Shown: piece after piece, positions 58,301 through 64,000 of the stretch | How positions within the stretch are numbered: position 1 is the stretch's first letter | Layout: every line of letters starts with the position of its first letter | Assembly: GCA_002633005.1 (NCBI GenBank) | Contig: NMRA01000211.1 | Location: 226,262-290,261 of the forward strand | Reading direction: 5' to 3' | Origin: Phoronis australis | Lineage: Eukaryota; Animalia; Phoronida | DNA length: 64,000 bases | The notes under the pieces: model-generated | The model's database searches: none | The model's input: the letters and a program-made list of their open reading frames with translations, nothing else | What the model was told of the DNA's origin: nothing | Program-made: the position numbers and the translations under genes

Positions 58301-61300
58301 TCGGGCTCTTACAAACGGGAAAACTCAATCTATTTTCACAAATCCTAACAAGAGCGATGCGAATGCACCACAAATGTTGTGCTTCTAGGGGTGTTTATTT
58401 GTATCGTAAAAATAGCCACTAGATGGTGCAAAATACGTCAAATCCATCCAAGAAGTGTTACACATCATCAAAGCTGTTTACTTAATTTCATAAAAAATGT
58501 CAAGGAACTTCTGAGAAATCAAGGAAAATGGAAAAAATGAAATTACCACTTGGAGGCTATGGTCGCAAAACAAAATATAACTGCCACTAGGCGGTGCCAC
58601 AGTACATGAAGTTGTTGGAAAATCATCATCAACTGTCTTCTTCACACTAAGAATATACAAGCCAATTTTCACAATCATTCTTAGAGTGGTTTGGTTGACA
58701 GAGGGGTAGAATCCAAAAACAGACTAGAAAACATTAAAAATGGCCACTAGATGGCGCAAAATATGACGAATCCATTCAAAAACGGGAACATGTTATCATT
58801 TCAATAGGAAGCTATTTAACAAATTTCACAAAACCTGTCAAGCAGCTTCAGAGAAACAGAGGAAAATGGAAAAAATGATTTTGCCACTAGGGGGCACAAT
58901 GTTTGTCATATCCCTCTGAAAGTCGCCGTTGTTCGCTGTCAACTTCATAGAAATACAAATGCTAAATCTAATAAAGACCCTACAGAGGGCTTAGGAGGTA
59001 CAGCCATGGGTGTAAAGCGTAAAAAAACAAAACTGCCACTAGGAGGCACCACAGTAATCGAGGTCCTTGGAAATTCTTCGTCGACCCTTCTCTTCACATT
59101 AGGAATATATTTGCCAATTTCCACAACCTTCCTTAGAGTGGTTTGGTTGACAGAGGGGTAGACGACAAAAACAGACTCGAAAACAGTAAAAATGGCCACT
59201 AGGTAGAGTAAAATATTTCGAATCAATCCGAAAACCAAACGATAGCGTAGCCTCACTAATAGATGCCTATCTGCCAATTTCATGAAAATCCATTGAGGAC
59301 CTTTGAAGATCAAGAGTTAAACATAAAAACCTAAAATTGACACTAGGGAGAACACTGGTAGTCCGATCCGTCCAACGTCGTCATTGCCCGTTCTCAACTT
59401 CATAGAAATACACTAGCAAAACTTAATAAAGATCCTGTAGAGCGTTAAGGAGATACAGCCATGGGCATAAAAACATATTGAACTGCCACTAGGAGGCACC
59501 AGAGTAGCTGAAGTAGTCGTAAAATCATCGTGAGCTGCCTTCTTCACAGTAAGAAGATATACCCCCATGTTCACTATAATCCCTAAAGTGGTTTGGTTGA
59601 TAGAAGGGCAGACGCCAAAAAAAAGACTAAAAAAACAGTAAAAATGGCCTCCACGTGGTGCAAAGTACCTCAAAGCCATTGAAAATGGGAGGATAGCGTC
59701 TCCTCACTAACAGATGCCAAACTGCTAAATTTTCTGAAAATCCGTTGAGGACCTCTGAAGATACAGAGGTAAACGAAAAAAAAAATTGCTACTAGGGGGC
59801 ACACCAGTAGTCAGAGAGATCCAAAATTCGGCGTCATCCGTAATCAGCTTTATTAAACACATCTACCAAATCTTATCAAGATCCTGTGAGGGGTGTAGGA
59901 GATACAGCTGCGGACGCCGGACCCCCAGACAGAGATGACAGCAATATGCATCCACACATAAATATGTGGGCGCATAAAAAGGCAAAAATAATAAATAAGG
60001 CAACAGTTATATAGAACAATTGTACTTAATGTTGTTGAAATGACTAAACCTTGGATAGCAGAAGTTATAGCAGCCAGAAAGCAAAAGGTTGACCAGCAAA
60101 GACTAAAATAAACTAACCTTTCTGTCCTTCCATTATCTAATTCAACTACATATCCAATATGGACGCCTTCTTCAAAATGACCCCTAATTATTCCAGATTC
60201 GTAGTTTCCTTCTTCTCCAGCCATCACACTCTGACCCTCCGGCAGTTTGCCCAACTTGACAAGGTCCTTGTCAAGACAGTAGCACTCTGTGTCATCATCA
60301 AAGAGTACTTGGTGTCGGCCGTCTTTTTCTTCACCAGTCAAGGTCGCTGGGTAGAAAAATTTGTCTCCTTTCCAGCGGGCGAGGACACGATTCTCTGTTG
60401 GAACAAATGGAAAGGTAATGAAAGTGCACACAAAACAATTCTGTGTGTTTAAGAGGGATCATGACTTATCAAGTTCTTGTGCCAGCGCACATACAACTCA
60501 TAGGTCAGCATAGACATATTTCTACTTCCAAAATCAGTTGAACAATTTTAGAGAGTGCATCATATTTATCTTTTGGACTCAGTTTTGGCAAAACCAAACA
60601 AGGATAGTATGCAAGATTTATAACCAAACAATGAAGCAAGGTCCTCTTTGACTATGACGCAGAGAAGTAGTCTCTTAACAGATAACGAGAGAATCTCACC
60701 TCGTACAACACATGCTATTCACTGTATTAACCAACTACTAAATAACAAACATGCTCTGTAGGGCTAGCACATTAAGTAACTCACCATTATCCCAACCCAC
60801 CATCTGCGATGACGATGCAGACGGCATTGTACCCATGTACGGGATATCAGGACTGACCTCTTCTTTGGGAATGTCCACGGCTGCAGTTGTGTCCAAGGGT
60901 GTGGGTTTTATATTGCGTTGAGACGACCTTGAAGCTCTGTTGGACTCCTTTGACACTGAGGCGATAGCAGCTTTACGCTTTTTCCCTCGTCTCTTGTCAC
61001 AGCTGGAAAGTGATATAACATAGAAGCAATAAAGTAATCATTACAGTAGATTATGCAATTACTAGGAAAACCAAGTTATCTTTTCAAAATATTCCATGCT
61101 TTGTACCTAATGCATGGCCCTCGCACACCAGAGGGGAAAGGTGCACGCCTGTGCCTTCTAAAAACATATTTTCTTGGTTGAGAGAACCCCTCAGTCGCCA
61201 CGTCTCATCAGCTTCAAGTAGCCAACACAGTGCACTGCCCCATTCAAATTTCACTGCAATCTTTGGAAGTATTAGATTACTCTGATAACCAATCAAGCAA

Positions 61301-63989
61301 GTCGCCCAATTTTTTTTGCTAATCATGTTGCACAATAGGACATAAGACATATCAACAAAGGAACAGCAGTTGCAAGGCCTGTTATTTTTGTTTTCTTCTG
61401 CTGATTTTTGGAAATCAAACAATGAAAAAGTTCAATTTTCAATGATGAATTTGGTTTGTATAGTCTGCAGTACCTAAAACTGGGGAGAACATTGTCACGA
61501 ACAAGCAGTGACCATGACTGCTGCTTGTTCTAATCCCCAAACAAAAGAAGTCAGTGATTAACGTCGAGTTGTAGTGGTAAGAGATAACTGAAATCCCAGT
61601 GATAAGCATTCATTCAAAGTTGCCAGTTAGAAAATAATGACAACTGTTGTTTAGCGGAAGTGATTTTAACCTTGAGGGGAATTTTTTTTATCATTGGAGG
61701 TGAATTGTTTTATGAAGGGAATTTCGCATGATTTTATAATATTTTTCAAAGGGAAATGGGGCCAAATAAACCGAGACATCGAGGACCCTGCAATACATCA
61801 TTTAATCAGGAACTTTCTAAGGCATAGCAGGATCACTTAACAACAAGCACTGACTGGATCATCACTATCCCTGAATAAAAATTGCAGTGTTCACAATGGG
61901 GGAAAAGACAGAAGACTCTTTCTGGGATCCACTTGGATTCTGAGAAAAGGACCTGCACACGTCAGTTGCAGCTCAAGCATACAACCACCAGTAATCTTTT
62001 TTATGTTTATTGGAAAAACAAAATGAATCTATTGATACTTTTATGAATGGAAATACAGGATGATGACCAAGAAATGAAAAGTATGACTTCTATTCCTTAA
62101 GTTTTATTTTTTACACCTTACTAGAATTGAGTTCTAGGTAATGCACTGCAGTAACTCGATGACACTTTTTAGCATAACTGTGCCAAAAACACAGCCAATG
62201 GCGAACACTGCATTGTGGACTGATCAATTAATGAGAAACCAGCAGTACAAGCACAGCAAGTATTCACTACTTGTACACTTTGGTGGCAGTGTAAAAATGA
62301 TTGCTGTGCATTGGACACAATCTCTCATTTTAGCATCAATTTTGACAACGTAAACCTGAAAGTGCGCATGTTCCAAACATGCAGAACCACTGTAATTTGG
62401 ACACAACACATTGTTTTCCAGCCTAATAGAGAATTCTTAAAGAAATTCGGCTAAAAGAAACTGTTCGGCAATCAGAGACAAAAGAGCAAGACAATGGTTA
62501 CCTGCTGTCGGCCTCGGTGCCTTTTTCCTCTGGCTGTGATGAGACTTCCATGATAGACGTGATCCCAGCACTGGGCGGATGGCTGGCCTTGCTGCGAAGT
62601 GAAGTAAACCCGACTCTCGAGGTCACTTGAGGCAACATGGGTGAACATGATTCTGTGACAGCAGGACCAGCACCAAAGCCGGAGCTCGTTGTGACCACTT
62701 CCTGTTCCGGGCTTGTGAACAGGGATTCCGAGAGCTTGTTGCACACTGGACTCGAGGATTTGTTCAACGAAGTGTTTGTGCTTTTAGGTGGACTAACCGT
62801 CTTCTCCAAGGACATGTCTGGTTCAGCGCTGGACACACGGACTGAAGAAATGTGAATGTCACCTACATCTGGAGTGCTTCCACGTGACCAAATCCCGCTA
62901 CAACCCTCCCCACCAGGAAGGTTTGAGTATAATTCTTTTTGACCAGTTGCACTTTGTGCCAAGCTCTCAGTTTGCATAACTAACACATTAGGCAAGTTAG
63001 CAGAGTTTTTAGATTTATTTTCATTTGGGCAGATTTCAGGAGTTTTGTCTTTCGGCTTACGTGACCGTCTTGGTTTAGCGGACACCCTCATAGGAGTAGC
63101 AAATTTTTCACTATTGGCCTTTTCTGAGTCAGTTGACGACTTGCTACCAGAAGCAGCAGCAAGTGGCTTTGTACCATGTGTCCTTTCTACTGTACCCACT
63201 GACCTTTCTACAGCACCCAGTGACCTCTCTACTGAAAGTTGATGTGCCAGGCTACTGGCACCAGAACTAGACTTGGACATTGAACTGACATCACCCAGGT
63301 CTCCAGATGTTACCGTGGACACAGAGCGTGATGGGGAAATGTGTAGGTCGCTATCCTGTTTTTGTAGACCAATCATTGTGCAAGCGTCTATCATGGCTGT
63401 GGTCTCCACATGAGGCTCCAATGAGCTCTGAAACAAATCACCAATAGCAGACAACTTTCAATGAGATAAGTCATATGCTGTTGAAAAAGCACAATTCTTT
63501 GTTAACACACTAACTGTTGATCAAAAACACCAACATAGCTATATAATAGTTCACGATAACTTCCTTACACAAACTAGAAGTAAATACTCTGCTCAGGAAG
63601 AACTGACATTTTCTTATGTCTTGAAACCAGGCTTTGAAAGTTGTCATTTTATGCACCAAAAGCAACACGACCAAACACTAGGTAGAGTGTCGAGCTGGAA
63701 ACACTCTATTCAAAAGAGATTACAAAGAAGAGTACTTTGTTTCGTGAGGTCTCAAATGCAAGGAGTTTGTAAGGTTACGGACACCTACTGAGAAGAATAA
63801 AAACCAAAGAGCTGCCACCACACGCACATAATCTCAATACTGTAACAGCAGTAGTCCACTCACCCTCTCTGTCGTCGTGCTTTCCACAACCTTGCCATTT
63901 TCTATTATCTCAATGGTTACTCTCTCAATAAGTACACGCTTCACTACACGCGTTCTCTTGATTATTTTGCCCGACAGATCCTCAACAGT
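46153..63989 (-). CDS. TP53BP1: TP53-binding protein 1 (53BP1), 3' portion. Exons 63864-63989, 62502-63427, 60785-61002, 60118-60394, 55601-55698, 54376-54492, 51849-52082, 51387-51481, 49928-50050, 48953-49160, 46153-46325; 5' exons lie beyond the window
   Basis: Ordered domains: oligomerization-domain-like segment, SGDLGDVSS motif, tandem Tudor (RVLARW..FFYPA..LFDD), UDR (ANISLDNLVE), BRCT1 (GPIPSNKVFKGLYFLLT; RTMKYLHCLAANVPCVSHCWI) and BRCT2 (VSTEWVIQCLIMGEK...KYRHDYSE-stop). All introns are GT-AG and phase-consistent. Confidence 0.95.
46360..47360 (+). mobile_element. 5'-truncated L1/Tx1-type LINE 3' fragment, antisense in the last TP53BP1 intron
   Basis: ORF 46772 encodes KCASCGTVETFNHMFAEC (CX2C...HX4C zf-RVT motif) then LW, and QYFIHKC follows; AATAAA at ~47317 and an A-rich tail at 47334-47360. 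Confidence 0.8.
47620..48120 (-). mobile_element. Degenerate HINE-like copy
   Basis: acagactcgaaaa...gccactaggtgatgcaaaatacg matches the monomers at 58400-59200; ggaca repeats and gatgacagcataatgcg resemble the element head. Confidence 0.5.
48953..49160 (-). CDS. TP53BP1: TP53BP1 exon (BRCT linker and BRCT2)
   Basis: KKRQDYKNYILPAGVSIE...WSAVLLTAGC...; acceptor aattacag, donor gtaagg. Confidence 0.92.
49928..50050 (-). CDS. TP53BP1: TP53BP1 exon (BRCT1)
   Basis: VPYKKCFLISDTYQRTMKYLHCLAANVPCVSHCWIMDSCKL; acceptor catttcag, donor gtaagg. Confidence 0.93.
51387..51481 (-). CDS. TP53BP1: TP53BP1 exon (BRCT1)
   Basis: EESKPSFDKDHLRAQLIAGGGMVVDKFTDIQ; acceptor tttgcatag, donor gttgga. Confidence 0.9.
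51849..52082 (-). CDS. TP53BP1: TP53BP1 exon (start of BRCT1)
   Basis: ...ERGPIPSNKVFKGLYFLLT...; acceptor ctcccattag, donor gtatgt. Confidence 0.9.
54376..54492 (-). CDS. TP53BP1: TP53BP1 exon (UDR C-terminal half, basic NLS-like region)
   Basis: (D)NLVESSRRPRKRPRL...KDKKKQHRKS; acceptor tttgtctgtag, donor gtacac. Confidence 0.88.
55601..55698 (-). CDS. TP53BP1: TP53BP1 exon (end of Tudor 2, start of UDR)
   Basis: (R)FPRKDVILTADQAADILHIPLSASTGGANISL; acceptor tatttag, donor gtatgt. Confidence 0.9.
56011..57160. mobile_element. piggyBac-like non-autonomous element (~1.15 kb)
   Basis: TTAA|CTCATTCGACCCTG ... CAGGGAGGAATGAG|TTAA: imperfect TIR with a TTAA TSD; no transposase ORF. Confidence 0.55.
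57190..57670. mobile_element. Foldback/MITE with ~145-bp inverted arms
   Basis: Left arm gtgttaacc...ttgttgacggatattatcattcatacag...ctggaacttactgtaaaaataattttccc pairs with right arm gggaagattattttacagcaagttccag...ctgtatgaataataatgtccatcaacaa...ggttaacac. Confidence 0.75.
58380..59980 (-). mobile_element. HINE/DINE-1-like element with an internal array of ~11 monomers of ~150 bp (~450-bp three-monomer higher-order repeat)
   Basis: Head hairpin atgcatccacacata...tatgtgggcgcat plus A-run at 59946-59980, the same head as 31451; ccactagNNggc-like motifs at 58415, 58546, 58583, 58743, 58883, 59035, 59195, 59339, 59485, 59647 and 59788. Confidence 0.75.
60118..60394 (-). CDS. TP53BP1: TP53BP1 exon (tandem Tudor)
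   Basis: ENRVLARWKGDKFFYPATL...QVLFDDDTECYCLDKD...GIIRGH...YVVELDNGRTE; acceptor ttccaacag, donor gttagt. Confidence 0.93.
60785..61002 (-). CDS. TP53BP1: TP53BP1 exon (basic patch preceding the Tudor)
   Basis: CDKRRGKKRKAA...MVGWDN; acceptor ctttccag, donor gtgagt; phases 2/1 fit both neighbours. Confidence 0.85.
62502..63427 (-). CDS. TP53BP1: TP53BP1 exon (Ser-rich linker)
   Basis: ORF 62498..63454; SPSRSVSTVTSGDLGDVSSMSKSSS matches human SPSQTGGSSGDLGDISSFSSKASS; acceptor ttgtttcag, donor gtaacc. Confidence 0.88.
63864..63989 (-). CDS. TP53BP1: TP53BP1 exon (oligomerization domain)
   Basis: TVEDLSGKIIKRTRVVKRVLIERVTIEIIENGKVVESTTTER resembles human RTIREVRTLVTRVITDVYYVDGTEVERKVTE; acceptor cctttcag, donor gtgagt. 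Confidence 0.85.
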
Positions 63990-64000
63990 CTGAAAGGAAT

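Noticed and set aside
58380-59980. Periodic conserved motif with variable spacers, superficially CRISPR-like
   Set aside because: Eukaryotic intron; the spacers are homologous to one another, the period is about 150 bp, and there are no cas genes. It is a transposon-internal satellite.

Overview
AT-rich animal genomic DNA (GT-AG introns; probably a non-vertebrate bilaterian) holding two convergent protein-coding genes. (1) Plus strand: a complete class C GPCR of the metabotropic glutamate receptor family. I assembled 10 coding exons by hand, all splice-phase consistent (11528..40736, about 984 aa). It keeps the alpha-amino-acid binding residues but lacks the basic residues that bind glutamate's distal carboxylate, resembling mXR/mangetout (class IV) receptors. 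(2) Minus strand: the 3' part of TP53BP1 (oligomerization domain, tandem Tudor, UDR, tandem BRCT), 11 exons at 63989..46153, with its 5' end beyond the window. The introns carry many mobile elements: a decayed 4.2-kb CR1/L2-group LINE nested in a HINE-like element, an L1/Tx1 3' fragment, hAT, piggyBac-like and Harbinger-like non-autonomous elements, tRNA-derived SINE heads, and a HINE/DINE-1-like family whose ~150-bp monomers each carry a CTCF-consensus-like motif and form a ~450-bp higher-order repeat. Two apparent tandem duplications (1.4 and 1.9 kb) sit at single-N junctions and are most likely uncollapsed haplotypes. There are no prokaryotic systems, CRISPR arrays or rRNA. All alignments were made by eye against recalled family motifs; no searches were run.
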